Part shown: positions 25,401-35,350 of the stretch, in pieces
How positions within the stretch are numbered: position 1 is the stretch's first letter
Layout of the letters: every line of letters starts with the position of its first letter
From: Mobula hypostoma
Taxonomy: Eukaryota
Length of the DNA: 64,000 nt
Direction of reading: 5' to 3'
NCBI RefSeq assembly: GCF_963921235.1
Contig: NC_086125.1
Span: forward strand, 26,908,001 to 26,972,000
Program-made: the position numbers and the translations under genes
Notes under the pieces: generated by a model
The model's database searches: none
What the model saw: the letters and a program-made list of their open reading frames with translations, nothing else
What the model was told of the DNA's origin: nothing

Positions 25401-28400
25401 CAGAGATATCCAAAGAGGCATACTTATTGCTGAGGGGAATAGCCTCAGGGGAACTGCTTACTCCCCTTACTTCTGGTGGTCACCTATGTATTATCTGCAG
25501 CCTGCTCTCTGGGTGTGACCAGCTCCGTAAATGTGTCATCTTTGATGTTTTCAGCCTCCCAGATGGCCCTGAGTACATTCAGTTCCAGCTCCAGTTCCCT
25601 TGTCTTGTCAGTCAGGAGCCGAAGTTGGGTGAACTTCCTGCAGATATTGTTATCAGGGAGACTGTTAGTTACTCTGAAATCCCGCATTTCATAGGAGGAG
25701 CGTTCCACTATGTTAACTTCATCCTGCCTGCACTTGTTGTACCTCAAACTTCTTAAGCTTAAGTTATAGCCTATGTCTGTTCTCGCCCAAGCCCGACCAC
25801 TCAAACACTGGCCCGCTCTAACAATGGCCACTCTACTTACACCTCACTTCTTTTTATCAGCCCCTGTCGAGTGCCAAAAAGATCATGATGATTGGCATGC
25901 ATCAGACATGTAATGTTGGTGCTAGAAGGATGGCGACACTTGCGGGTTACCCCAGCTCATCCTTGGACTGTGTAGGTTGTGGATGCAAATGACACATTTC
26001 ACTGTATGTTTCGATGTATATGTAACAATAAAGCTAATCATATTTTCAAAAGTAGAATTAAATATTATTGAGGAGGGAGTGTTGAACGAGCTCACAGAGA
26101 CTGTGATTGTATCTTTTCACTGCTGGGTCTGCCCTTCAGGTGAGGGAGCGCACAGAAAACAGTAAAAATGTTTGATGAACTAGTGAAATGTTTACCACAG
26201 TTTAATACTCAGCAACAGTCCAATGAGATATTTATCAGGAGTGCTGAGTGTGCAGGGCCCTTAGCATTGTTGAGGATCCTTTCTGTCCATCCCACATCAG
26301 GCAGGAGGTACCATAGCATTAGGACAAGGGCTGTTAGGATGGGAAACTGCTTCTTCCCCCAGGTCATGAGACTATTGAATTTCCTGCTATCTCCCAGGTC
26401 TCATCACTTATGAAGCGCCAGTAGAATTACATAGTTTATTTTTTAACTTATGTCATAAATGCACCTTATGCTAATTGTCAGTCTTCTGTTATTATTTGCT
26501 CATTTGTTTGTGGTAATATTCCTTTATGTGTTGTGCACCTTGGTTTGCCTGAACGTTGCTACATTTGGTGGTACTTGGTATATGGCTGAATGACAGTAAA
26601 CTTGAACTTGAATTTAACCAGATCCTTTTCACCTACAGGATGATAAAGGAGACAGTCTGGCCGCTGATTCCTTCCCCAGAGAACATGTTTGATGGACTTT
26701 TCACTGTACACCATGGAAATTTCCAGGTAAATGTCTTATGACCTCTGTACTGCACTGCACTGTGAATGCCTTAAACAACTTTTGATAATGTTGTTTACAT
26801 TGTAAATACATGCTGGTATTTATGTATTTATGCACATTTTATTCCATATCAATACTTGTCAATTTATCTTTATATAATTCTTTATAATTATTTAAACCTT
26901 CATTCCTGCACCATCTCTTTAGCCACATATTAAACTGCATTAACTTCCTGTTTTTTTATTTCACTAACATGTGGCACAGGTTTTGATGTACATGTGATAA
27001 ATCTGAATGAATCTGAGTTACACCTGGTGGCCTCTTTATTAGGCCCTCATGCTCATTAATGCAAATATCTAATCAGCCAATCACATAACAGCAACTTAAT
27101 GCATAAAGGTCAAGAGGTTCTGTTGTTATTCAGACCAAACATCAGAATGGGAAGAAGTGTGATCTAAGTTACTTTGACTGTTGAATGATTGCTGGTGCCA
27201 GATGGGGTGGTATGAGTATCTCAACAATTGTTGTTCTCTAGGGATCTTCACGCACACAGTCTCTAGAGTTTACAGAGAATGGTGTGATAAACAAAATACA
27301 TCCAGTTCTGTGCGCTAAAACGTCTTGCTGATGAGAGAGCTCAGAGGAGAATGGCGGGCTGGTGACACAGGTCTATCGTACTCTGTGTTAGAATCTCATA
27401 ATCTTTGACAGCTCAAATAACTTCCAGTAAACAATTCCACTTGGACAGTTTCTGCTTGTAACTACAATTGTTTAACTATGACAATAAAGTTATTCATCCC
27501 CACTTCACCTTCTCCAGAGACAGTCGTGTAGCCAACTGCTTTCTTCATTGTAGGCTGAAAAGGAAGAGGAGAGAGAGACAGTCAGTCGAAAAGAGTAGTG
27601 GGAAGGGGTAGTGCAAGAACTGGCAGGGGTTAGGTAGATCCAGGAGAGGCAGTCATCTGGATCCACATGTCACCTGTCAGCTCTTGCTCCACCTCTTCCC
27701 TCTTATCTTTCCGAGTGTCTCTCTCCCTTCTTCCTTTCCAGCCCAAAATGAAGGGGCCTAACCTAAAACCTCGACTGTCCATTTCCCTTCATTGGTGCTG
27801 CCTGATGCACCGAGTTCCTCCAGCATTTTTTGTGCTGCTCCACGTTCCAGCGTCGGCAGATTCTTGGGTTTTCAGCTGACTATGTTGCTCAGTAGCACTG
27901 GCCGAGTTAGAGATTTATACAGTTCCAGTTAGATCTTCTTGCCCCCGTCCACTTTTCTCGTGGATAGCCCTCCTTTTTACAACTGCATTTTCTCTAAGAC
28001 AATGTTCTACATACTGTTATCGCTTTTCCTTTGTACTGCCTCGATGCAAATGATCCGCGAGGATGACATGCTCTACACTGTACCTCAGTACATGTGAGTA
28101 TATTAAACCAATTACAGTTACAACATTTGAGGTGAAGATCCTTCACGAAAACTGGAAATTGAGAAAACATTAGTTTTAAATTGCCGCACCTGACAGCATC
28201 TTTCAGGAAAGACACTTCTCTGTGGAAAAAACAACTTGCTTTGCACACCTTTGAATTTTTCCCCTCTCTACTTAAGCGCATGTACTCAAGTATTACACGC
28301 AAAATGCTTGAAGAACTCAGCAGGTCAGGCAACATCGATGGAGAGGAAATGGAAAGGAATAAGTAGTCAATGTTTCGGGCTGAGACCCTTCATCAGGAGC

Positions 28401-29834
28401 TGCTATTAGACATTTACCCTCCGGTATTAGACATTATGGCTCTAGGAAAAAGATGGCAGCCATGTACTCCATCTATGCCTCTCGTAATTCTATTAACTTC
28501 TATTAGGTCTCTGCTCAGCCTCTGGCCCTCTGGATAACACAACACAGGCTCATCTAGCCTCTCGTTATAACTCGTGCCCTCTCATCCTGGCACACCTCTT
28601 CTAAACCTCCACATCCTTCCTGTAACAGAGTGACCAGGTGCTGGGAGAGGAGGGAGGATGGGAGGTGAGGCTGAGCAAGGGACAGGGAAGAGGTGGAGGG
28701 GAGGGGAAAAGGAGACGGTCTGGATGATTTTCAACAGATCGATAAGAAATAGGAGCAGGAATAGGCCAATGTACCACCAGACTCAGGGACAGCTTTTACC
28801 TTGCTGTTGTAAGACTATTGAGCAGTTCCCTAGCACAATGAGAAGGACTCTTGACCTCACAACCTACCTTGTTGTGAAGTTGCACCTTACTGTTTACCTG
28901 CGCTGCTCTTTCTCTGTAACTGTTACACTTGATTCTGTAGTCTGTTATTGTTTTACCTTGTACTACCTCAATGCATTGTGTAATGATCTGATCTGCATGA
29001 ACAGTATGCAAGACAAGTTTTTTCTCTGCAGCTAATAATAAAACCAATTTACCGATTTGTTTGCAGGAATGGCTTGGGCGAGGCAATGTACAGATCTGGT
29101 GGAATGTCCAGCTCTTTGGCACTGATGAACCATCTACAGCCCTGGAGATCTTGTCCGAGATAAACACCTTCCCACCAAGCTTTCTGAGGAACAAGCACCA
29201 GGAGATCTTCCCAGAAGATCGGAGATTCCTGATGAGCGGATCAGGTACCTTCAAGCCCCAGCAGGAATGGGTGCCGCTGGACGAGAGCGAGTCACCTGAA
29301 CACTTGCAGCTTGAAGCCCACGCCAGGGAGGCCTATGTTGTCCTGAATCAGAATTCGTTGCTCAATAACGACTTCCTTTCCGGCACTTATAATGTGACTC
29401 ACAGCAGCAGCGACGTTTCGGAGGAAGAAATGCCTTTACAGTTGCTCTTCTGGGGTCCTGAAATGAAGCGACATAGCAAGGCTTCACCTGGAGAGGGGCA
29501 GGAAAACGTTCTGTCACGTGACTCGATTTCGCAGCATTCCTCACAGTCTAGTGGGATTGAGTGTGAAAGCCCAGCATCATTTGGAGCTTTTGACTATGCC
29601 AAATGTGACCCAGCCGGGCACCTGCTGTACCCATCATCTTCAGAGGCTGTGCTAGAAAACACACACCATCCATACCTTCTAATGCTGGATTCTGGCATCT
29701 CTGCTGACTTCAGCCTAACAAACTTCCCATCACTTGTTAGTAAATCTGATGAAGGACTTTACACAAATCTATGCAAAAGGGAGGACCTCCATGAGAACTT
29801 TCCCGTCTCAAGACACCTCCATATAGAAGCTTGA
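1333..29834 (+). CDS. EPOR: Erythropoietin receptor, complete 8-exon CDS: join(1333-1435,7132-7270,10379-10557,11369-11520,12563-12716,20930-21017,26639-26726,29067-29834), 556 aa
   Basis: All introns are GT-AG with compatible phases (1,2,1,0,1,2,0) and the exons sum to 1671 nt. The protein has a signal peptide, 4 conserved D1 Cys, an FnIII D2 with a WSXWS-like motif, a DLDPLIL-TM segment, Box1, Box2 and a DSGIS degron, all collinear with human EPOR. SWSAP1 lies tail-to-tail, as in human. Confidence 0.96.
3580..3747. repeat. Perfect 34-bp minisatellite, ~4.9 copies
   Basis: Unit ccagctgttggatcttactgttggtctcattcac starts at 3581, 3615, 3649, 3683 and 3717. Confidence 0.97.
5458..5725. repeat. 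Degenerate 9-bp tandem repeat (ccagttgcc/ccagtttcc)
   Basis: Recurring ccag(t/c)t.. units with a 9-bp period; the source of the spurious PQL-repeat ORFs. Confidence 0.85.
7132..7270 (+). CDS. EPOR: EPOR exon 2 (LQVNTVGSEKLKCFTQTLEDFTCVWDERNNTSISSRYRFFYQYQY)
   Basis: Acceptor tttctcactag, donor gtaagt. Matches human LLCFTERLEDLVCFWEE...YSFSYQLE. Absent from the ORF track. Confidence 0.93.
7607..7887. repeat. Fold-back Penelope-derived element with tandem hammerhead-like cores in the loop
   Basis: Arms ~7607-7700 and ~7794-7873 are reverse complements. ctg(c/t)tgaaggg...g(a)aa..tc units occur at 7722, 7754 and 7789. Confidence 0.8.
8655..9163 (-). mobile_element. Non-autonomous retroelement, probably RTE-derived; related copy at ~3450-3840
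   Basis: CpG-rich, with a short tandem tail (gacgacgacga on minus). Shares the ...gttgga(c/t)ctt.c..ttggtctc... segment with the 3.5-3.8 kb copy. The family call is tentative. Confidence 0.45.
9894..10346 (+). mobile_element. Young non-LTR/SINE-like insertion with (TAATC)n tail
   Basis: CpG-rich body and a (taatc)5 tail, inserted into a CR1 3' end just upstream of EPOR exon 3. Confidence 0.6.
10379..10557 (+). CDS. EPOR: EPOR exon 3 (DDERKKECQLS...HICSLPMMEVSLFTPLDIEV...YINHM)
   Basis: Acceptor ctttctcctccag, donor gtgagt. Contains the second Cys pair and the ligand-contact SLFTP (human SSFVP). Confidence 0.94.
11369..11520 (+). CDS. EPOR: EPOR exon 4 (VVLDPPSNVTV...LHVKWSAPP...LMYEVNFS...IQQ)
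   Basis: Acceptor ttcttccctcag, donor gtagtg. Start of the FnIII domain, matching human VLLDAP...VLRWLPP...YEVDVS. Confidence 0.94.
12345..12485. other. Assembly gap (141 N) after a CT-rich low-complexity tract in EPOR intron 4
   Basis: Run of n characters. Confidence 1.
12563..12716 (+). CDS. EPOR: EPOR exon 5 (VNTVKGKTECVILKLKSQTEYVISIRAKPDGVSMDGYWTTWSKPVSAFTDS)
   Basis: Acceptor gtctgtgtag, donor gtattg. Matches human GRTECVLSNL...YTFAVRAR...GFWSAWSEPVS. Absent from the ORF track. Confidence 0.94.
13195..13637 (-). mobile_element. Tc1/mariner non-autonomous element (443 bp)
   Basis: TIRs CAGTCAGTGGCCACTTTA(C/T)TAGGT flanked by TA on both sides. Internal transposase remnant MARLVQAD...SISEYTTHRTLKWMGYSSRRP. 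Related copies at 47686-48094, ~27020-27370 and ~35250-35345. Confidence 0.9.
14245..14597 (+). mobile_element. Rex1/Babar-type LINE 3' fragment
   Basis: CLRKAASIIKD..HPGHALFSLLPSGRRYRSL...RFRNSFFP remnant and a (GATTCT)n tail. Near-identical to 17200-17580. Confidence 0.8.
16785..17580 (+). mobile_element. Rex1/Babar-type LINE (5'-truncated) nested in the Gypsy RT
   Basis: LALNVSKTKEQIVDYRK...FKFLGV..SEDLTWSQH..KKARQRLYF; (GATTCT)n tail; Gypsy sequence resumes after it. Confidence 0.88.
18221..18367. repeat. 54-bp inverted repeat (hairpin) at the Gypsy deletion junction
   Basis: Arms 18221-18274 and 18314-18367 with ~4 mismatches. Confidence 0.92.
19121..19398 (-). mobile_element. 278-bp bipartite non-autonomous RTE (Perere-3-like head and tail), 12-bp TSD
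   Basis: TSD cattgttcacaa at 19109-19120 and 19399-19410. The 5' head has gggctagcaaccccatccc.taaaaa. The 3' tail is gcccaggacagg...ggcctatgccc...(taag)2. Confidence 0.85.
19351..19398 (-). ncRNA. Twister ribozyme motif (decayed; 5' P1 strand absent)
   Basis: AACUCAGCC-AUAG-GCAG-UUCCAAGC-CCAG-CUACGAAAGGU-GGAGGG-UU, compared with the RTE twister pattern AACUCCGCC...CCGG-UCCCAAGC-CCGG...GGAGGG-UU. Confidence 0.7.
20930..21017 (+). CDS. EPOR: EPOR exon 6, transmembrane (DLDPLILGLTSVLILITALLLLTIILTRRR)
   Basis: Acceptor ctgtctttcag, donor gtacac. DLDPLIL is identical to human; followed by a hydrophobic helix and a basic stop-transfer. Confidence 0.96.
22835..23153. mobile_element. Probable decayed solo LTR inserted in CR1
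   Basis: Interrupts CR1 sequence (ggatggccc|...|accctctattctgagg) and has imperfect inverted termini gtgacgaca/tgtcgtaac. Confidence 0.4.
23154..25860 (-). mobile_element. Decayed CR1 LINE with ORF1 (zinc finger/leucine zipper + esterase) and an internally deleted ORF2
   Basis: CRKFTQLRLLTDKTRELELEL; IGVIGDLIFRGTD..FCG....RIVCCLP; APE LKVLYLNARS, GDFN..VDW and LGDSDHNMIEF. Confidence 0.9.
26639..26726 (+). CDS. EPOR: EPOR exon 7, Box1 (MIKETVWPLIPSPENMFDGLFTVHHGNFQ)
   Basis: Acceptor ttttcacctacag, donor gtaaat. Matches human [24 protein letters not shown] (JAK2-binding Box1). Confidence 0.97.
29067..29834 (+). CDS. EPOR: EPOR exon 8, cytoplasmic tail
   Basis: Acceptor ttgtttgcag. Contains EWL, Box2 LEILSE (29142-29159), AYVVL (STAT5-type), FDYAKCDP, YLLMLDSGIS and LYTN. 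Stop TGA at 29832-29834. Confidence 0.95.
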   Translation, partial: EWLGRGNVQIWWNVQLFGTDEPSTALEILSEINTFPPSFLRNKHQEIFPEDRRFLMSGSGTFKPQQEWVPLDESESPEHLQLEAHAREAYVVLNQNSLLNNDFLSGTYNVTHSSSDVSEEEMPLQLLFWGPEMKRHSKASPGEGQENVLSRDSISQHSSQSSGIECESPASFGAFDYAKCDPAGHLLYPSSSEAVLENTHHPYLLMLDSGISADFSLTNFPSLVSKSDEGLYTNLCKREDLHENFPVSRHLHIEA

Positions 29835-29898
29835 GCGATTTCGGTTGTCCATCAAGGAAGGTTCCTGTACTTGGGGAAAAGAAGGCTGAACTGATGTT

Positions 29899-30031
29899 AA
29901 CAACAGGAATTCTGCAGATGCTGGAAATTCAAGCAACATACATCAAAGTTGCTGGTGAACGCAGCAGGCCAAGCAGCATCTATAGGAAGAGGCGCAGTCG
30001 ACGTTTCAGGCCGAGACCCTTCGTCAGGACT
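29899..30031 (-). mobile_element. Penelope-derived terminal-repeat insertion in the EPOR 3' UTR
   Basis: Flanked by the direct repeat aactgatgtt (29889-29898, 30032-30041). Highly similar to the copy at 57033-57137. Confidence 0.85.
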
Positions 30032-30032
30032 A
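29995..30032 (-). ncRNA. Minimal type-I hammerhead ribozyme motif, core intact
   Basis: Minus strand UAGUC-CUGACGA-AGGGUCUCGGCCU-GAAA-C-GUC-GACUG: stem I aguc/gacu, stem II, palindromic ACGU stem III, GUC cleavage triplet. Confidence 0.8.
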
Positions 30033-31571
30033 ACTGATGTTGTTGGTACTGAAGGCTTTATTGTGCAAATTGCATCACAGACTTCATTTGTACCGTTGGG
30101 GTGAAGCAGACTAGTCAAAGTTGTTGTGCAGAGTTAACAAGTCAAATGGAGCTCACAAAGGAACATCTACAACTATGAGCAACAGAGGCATCTGCTCAGA
30201 ACCTGCACCTTCCCAAGATAATGCCAAAGAAACGGGCTACTCAACACTAGTCAGTTCACCAGTTTGGAGATGATAGCAAGGCAGACTGAGCAATATTGAT
30301 TGTGGAGAAATAGTTCTTCAGGTATTTCCTATAATGGGGAAGTCGAGAACCTAAGGGCACAGCCTCAGAATAGAAGGACATTCCTTTAAAACAGAGATGA
30401 CAAGTCGTTTCTTTAACCAAAGAGTGGAGAATCTGTGGAATTAATTGCCGCAGATGGCTGTGGAGGCCAAATCATTGGCTTTATGTAAATCGGAAGCTGA
30501 TAGGTTCTTGATTAGTCATTGCATCAAAGGTTATGGGGAGAAGGTAGGAGAATGGGGTTGAAGGGGAAAATAAAACTAGGATGGAATGGTGGAGTAGACT
30601 TGATGGGCCAAATGACTAAATTCTGTCCCGATGTCTTATGGTCTTATGTGTTTGATTCCATGAGGAATTTGAAGGTGATTGGTGGGCTGTTGAGGGTCTT
30701 GGTTGAACCTCAGGGGAAAGAACACGAGCCGTAGATTTGGAACGAACACTTCCAGGGACAAATCCCATCTCTTAAACACCAGTATTCATGATTGATCCCT
30801 TGGAACTTAGGATGTTCTTTCAGATAAGTAAGTGGACGAGTTCACTTTTATAATGTTTAAAGAGAGCTAAGCTTTATTTATCACACGTACATCAAAAGAT
30901 ACAGTGAAATGTATCACTTGCGTCAAATCATGGACTGTGGTGGGTAGGCCACAAGTGTCACCATGCTTCTGGCACTGACATCGCGTGCTCACAACACACT
31001 AACCCTAACCTGTAGGTCTTTGGAATGTGGGAGAAAACCAGAATAAACCCACGTGGTCACAGAGAGAACATACAAACTCCTGACAGACAACGGCAGAAAT
31101 CAAATCCCAACCTTACAGGCAGCGCTGTAATAGTGTTAGGCAAACTGCTATGCTACCGTGCTGCACTACAAACACAAAGAGCAAGATGGCAGAGATATTG
31201 ATACCTGTCAGAGTCTTGAGGTACGAGAGGGCTAAAGCTGGAAGGGGTTCAACTGTTAGGCGACTTTAGATCAATGACATGAAACTATTCAATCTGCTTA
31301 TATGAGGCGCCTCAAAGAAGAAAGATTACTCAGTGATTATGTGAAAGGAGTAAGGTTGCCATGACACCCCACACCAAGAAAATCACCAGATTTCATAGAA
31401 CATTACGGCACAGTATAGGCCTTTCGTCACACGATGGTGTGTTGACCTTTTAACCTACTCTAAGATCATTCTAACCCTTTCTAACATCCATGTGCCTATC
31501 TAAAAGTTCCTCAAATACCTCTAATGTATCTGTCTCTACCACCACTCCTGGCAGGGCATTCAATGCACTCA

Positions 31572-31785
31572 CAATAGTGTAGTGGTTAGCATAACAATCC
31601 ACAGTAAAGGCAACCCGGGTTCATTTCCTGCCACTATCTGCAAGGAGTTCGTAAGTTCTCCCCATGACTGCGTGGGTTTTCCTCCCATATTCCAAAGATG
31701 TAATGGTTGATAGATTAATTGGTCATTGTAAATTGTCCTGTGATTAGGCTAGGATTAAATCGGGGGATTCTGGTTTAAAGGGCCG
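31572..31785 (+). mobile_element. tRNA-derived V-SINE (HE1-like); other copies at ~13830-14090, 30990-31165, 34045-34250 and 50420-50655
   Basis: A box tagtgtagtggttag, B-box-like ggttcattt, V-domain gcgtgggtttt..cctccca..tccaaaga, then taattggtcattgtaaattgtcc. Confidence 0.7.
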
Positions 31786-33886
31786 GTAAAACAAAATAGA
31801 CCTGTTCGACTAGTTTTCCAAGACAGGGATTCCCCATAGGAAAGCCCTACAGTAGAACATGATGAATTAACTCTCCCTGACAAAGGGGGCCAATTACCTG
31901 AACGAGCATCAAAATGGTAAGACCATGAGTCTTGTGACCTCGGAGATCCAGATCAGAACGTGGGAGTAGGCCATCAAACCCACAATTTTTGGGCAGTCTG
32001 CTGTTACACCAGAAACCTTGATCAGGAATACCTGCAGGGACAAGTAAAGGACAGACAGATAGAGGAGGAGAATTGGGAGGGAAACTGAAAAATAGCAAGG
32101 ATAGAAGTAGCCTCTAATGGCTTTATCAAGTTTGTCGTTTTCATACATAGCAGACAAATGCCATGAAAGGTAACCTTTTGCAGCTACAGCAGAATACGTT
32201 ACAAGATGACGAGAAACCACTGTTAACATAAACTGAAATAAAATAAATTATAGATAACTTTCTTCTGACGAAGATGAATATTCAGAATCAGAAACAGAAT
32301 CACGTTTATTATCACTGACATAAGTGAAATTTGTTGTTTTGCAGCAGCAATGCTCCGTTCATACGACTTAGCATCCGTCTTACTTCAGCAAATTAGTGCA
32401 ATTGGAGAGGGTGTTGCTTTCTCCTCAGAACTGACTTCCTACCAAAGTGGCAGGAGCTCTGTTCAACACTGAACACTGGAGTTTAACAACTCTATGACCA
32501 TTCTGCACAAAAATGGATATTTTTGTCCTAATTGTGTTCCTTCTTGTAAAACATTAACGTTTACCATGTTTTTTCTTGTAAATGCTGCTTATATGATGCT
32601 ATGTGCCTGTGATACTGCTCCATGTGTCCCATTGCACTTGTGCACATTATTCCAAATGAGTCGAAAGTCGAGTTTAAAAACGCAAACACAAGGAAATCCG
32701 CAGATTGCTGGAAATTCAAGCAACACACACAAAAAGTGCTGGTGAAAGTGGAGTTTATTGTCATACGCACAAGTATGTGTGTGCATAGGTGCAATTTAAA
32801 AACTAGCAGCAGCATCACAGGCACACAGTGCCTGAGACACAACATTCACAAGAAAGACATAAATTATGCAAAATTATACGAGAAAGACGAGAACAAAAAA
32901 AAAAGTCCATTGTAGTGCAAAGTGATCACTGCGTTGCTATAGTAACAGATTAGGATTGTGTAAATCGGTTCAAGAACTGAATGGTTGAAGGGAAGTAGCT
33001 GTTCTTGAACCTGGTGGTGTGGGATGACACTCCTGTAGCTCCTGCCTGATGGTAGAAGATGGCATAGCCTGGATAATAAGGAGTTTTGATTATGAATATT
33101 GCCTTCTTGACGCAGCAGTGGCTGTTGTTACTACTGATGGTGGAGAAGGATATGCCTGTGCTGTGTCCACTACTCTCTGCAACTTCTTACGTCCTTGAAC
33201 ATTCGAATGGCTGTATCAGACTATCATGAAAACCAGTCAGGATACTTTCAACAGGCCATCTGAGAGGTTTGCTAGATTAATTGGTGACAGGCCAAACCTC
33301 CTAAAGCTTCCAAGAAGGTAAAGATGTTGGCATACATCTGTATGCTGGCCCAGGGCATTTGTATAGCACTGTGCCCGGTCTCTAGCTTGGCATGCTGATG
33401 GAATAATCTAGGGAACTTTAACTGTGTTTCATGTTTCACAGTACCTCACAGACATCTGCAGGAAAAAGTTCCTCCAGAGGGGAAAATGAAGGGCCAAGGT
33501 TTCAGGCAGAGGAGTTGGCACAGGATCAATGTATTCATGTAGCAATAAACAACATTTTATTATCTGTAGGGTGGGGGTGGAAGTGGGTGAGCACATTCTG
33601 TCCTTCTTGCTAAACACTGTGAGATAGCAGAGAACGCAACACTACCACAAATCCAGGAGCAGATGCTTTGGTGAGGTACTCTTCAACCTGATTTAAATGA
33701 CATTATATTTCCCATCCATCAGTGATAGTCATTTGATCTGAAGTGCACATTACTGTAAAATATAATTACTGATCAATATGAATATTTTATTTTTACAGAA
33801 TGTATTTTGTTAGCTTGCTAAAATGTTGTGAATATTTTTTTCAGCTGTTGTCTGAGCCTTATTTTGGGCAGCTATTTTTTTATATA

Positions 33887-33892
33887 AATAAA
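33887..33892 (+). terminator. Candidate EPOR poly(A) signal
   Basis: AATAAA at the end of an AU-rich unique tract, followed by U-rich downstream sequence. Other AATAAA hexamers occur earlier, so this site is tentative. Confidence 0.35.
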
Positions 33893-35350
33893 CAGATTGA
33901 TTTATTTTATACCTTTGTCATTTTTTAAATCCACAAGTTGCATTTTCCTCATCTTAAAAAAAAATTATTGATCAGTAATGTTGGCCCCAGGATGTCAGCA
34001 GCTAGTTTATTTCATTGTGTGTTCATTAATTTAGTGATCTAGCACAGTAACAGACCCTTCTAGCCCAGCAAGCCCACGCCACCCAATTGCATGCACGTGA
34101 CCAATTAACCGACTAATCTGTACATTTTTGGGATGTGGGAGGGAACTGGAGCACATGGAGGAAGCCGGCAGAGTCACGGGGAGAACGTACAGACAGTGGC
34201 GGGAATTGAACGTGGGTCACCGGCACTGTGACAGCATCACGCTCACTGCAGGTTGAATGGATAGCAAAACATTGCGGGCCGAAGGTCTTGTACTGTTCCA
34301 TATTCTAAGTTCACAGACTTGTTTATTTTTTGTAAGTAACTACAACACTGGAGAAAGATGATATATTAGTAGGGGTCACATTTGGGTGTGCACTCAGATG
34401 CAACCAGGCGCAAAGGCTTGATAAGTTTATCTCCTCCCAGCCAGCCATGCGAAGGCCCAAGATGTTTACCAACCCCAGACTTTCGCACTAACTTGTCCCA
34501 TAGTTGACGCACTTAGGGAAACATGTTACTGTGATAAGATTAAAGGCCCCCCGCTTCCACTGGCAAAGTGGCGGGAAAGAGCCTTGCTTTTAGAGCAATG
34601 AAAAACACCAACCTTCTCTGCGAGTTTTTGCCCAGTAGAAAAACCAAAGGATATTTTCAAAACTCCCCAAGGAGTTGGCTGTGGTGCCAGAACACCACAG
34701 AATGCCTGCAACACCAGAGGTAATCAGTTCCCACTTTAAAATGGTAGGTCATTCGTAGAACTTGGTCAGGAAAACTGTGTGTACCAGTGTTTTTCCTTTG
34801 GCACACAACAGTTTGCTACTGTAGATGGAGATAAGGCACTAGAAAAGAAGATCAGTTCTGATGTAGGGCCTCGAGCCAAAACATCAGCCTCTTCTGTCCT
34901 CACAGATGTTGCCGGGATGTGAGCGCCATGTTATAGGGAGAGGTTGAGCAGGCTAGGGTTTAGTCCTTTTCTGTGCAGGAGACTGAATTCATAGAAGTGT
35001 ACAAAACCATGAGGGGAACAGATAGGATCAGCCTTCTTTTCTGAAGCTAAAGCTAGAGGTGATACATATAAAAGTCAAAGTAAATGTATTATTAATCTAT
35101 GTACATGTACTATCCTGACATTCATTTTCTTGCCGGCGTTTACAGAAAAATAGATAAATTCAATAGAATTCATGAAAAATTATACATAAACAAAGACTGA
35201 CAAACAACTAATGTGCAAAAGAGGACGAATCGTGCAAATAATAAAAAAATACACTTAGTGGTCTCTTATTAGTTACATCTGTATAACTGCTCATTAATGC
35301 AAATATCTAATCAGCCAATCATGTGGCAGCAACTCAATGTATGCAGATAT

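Noticed and set aside
31790-32280. Unique-looking stretch with 83- and 106-aa minus-strand ORFs
   Set aside because: No recognisable protein or splice structure; probably EPOR 3' UTR or intergenic sequence.
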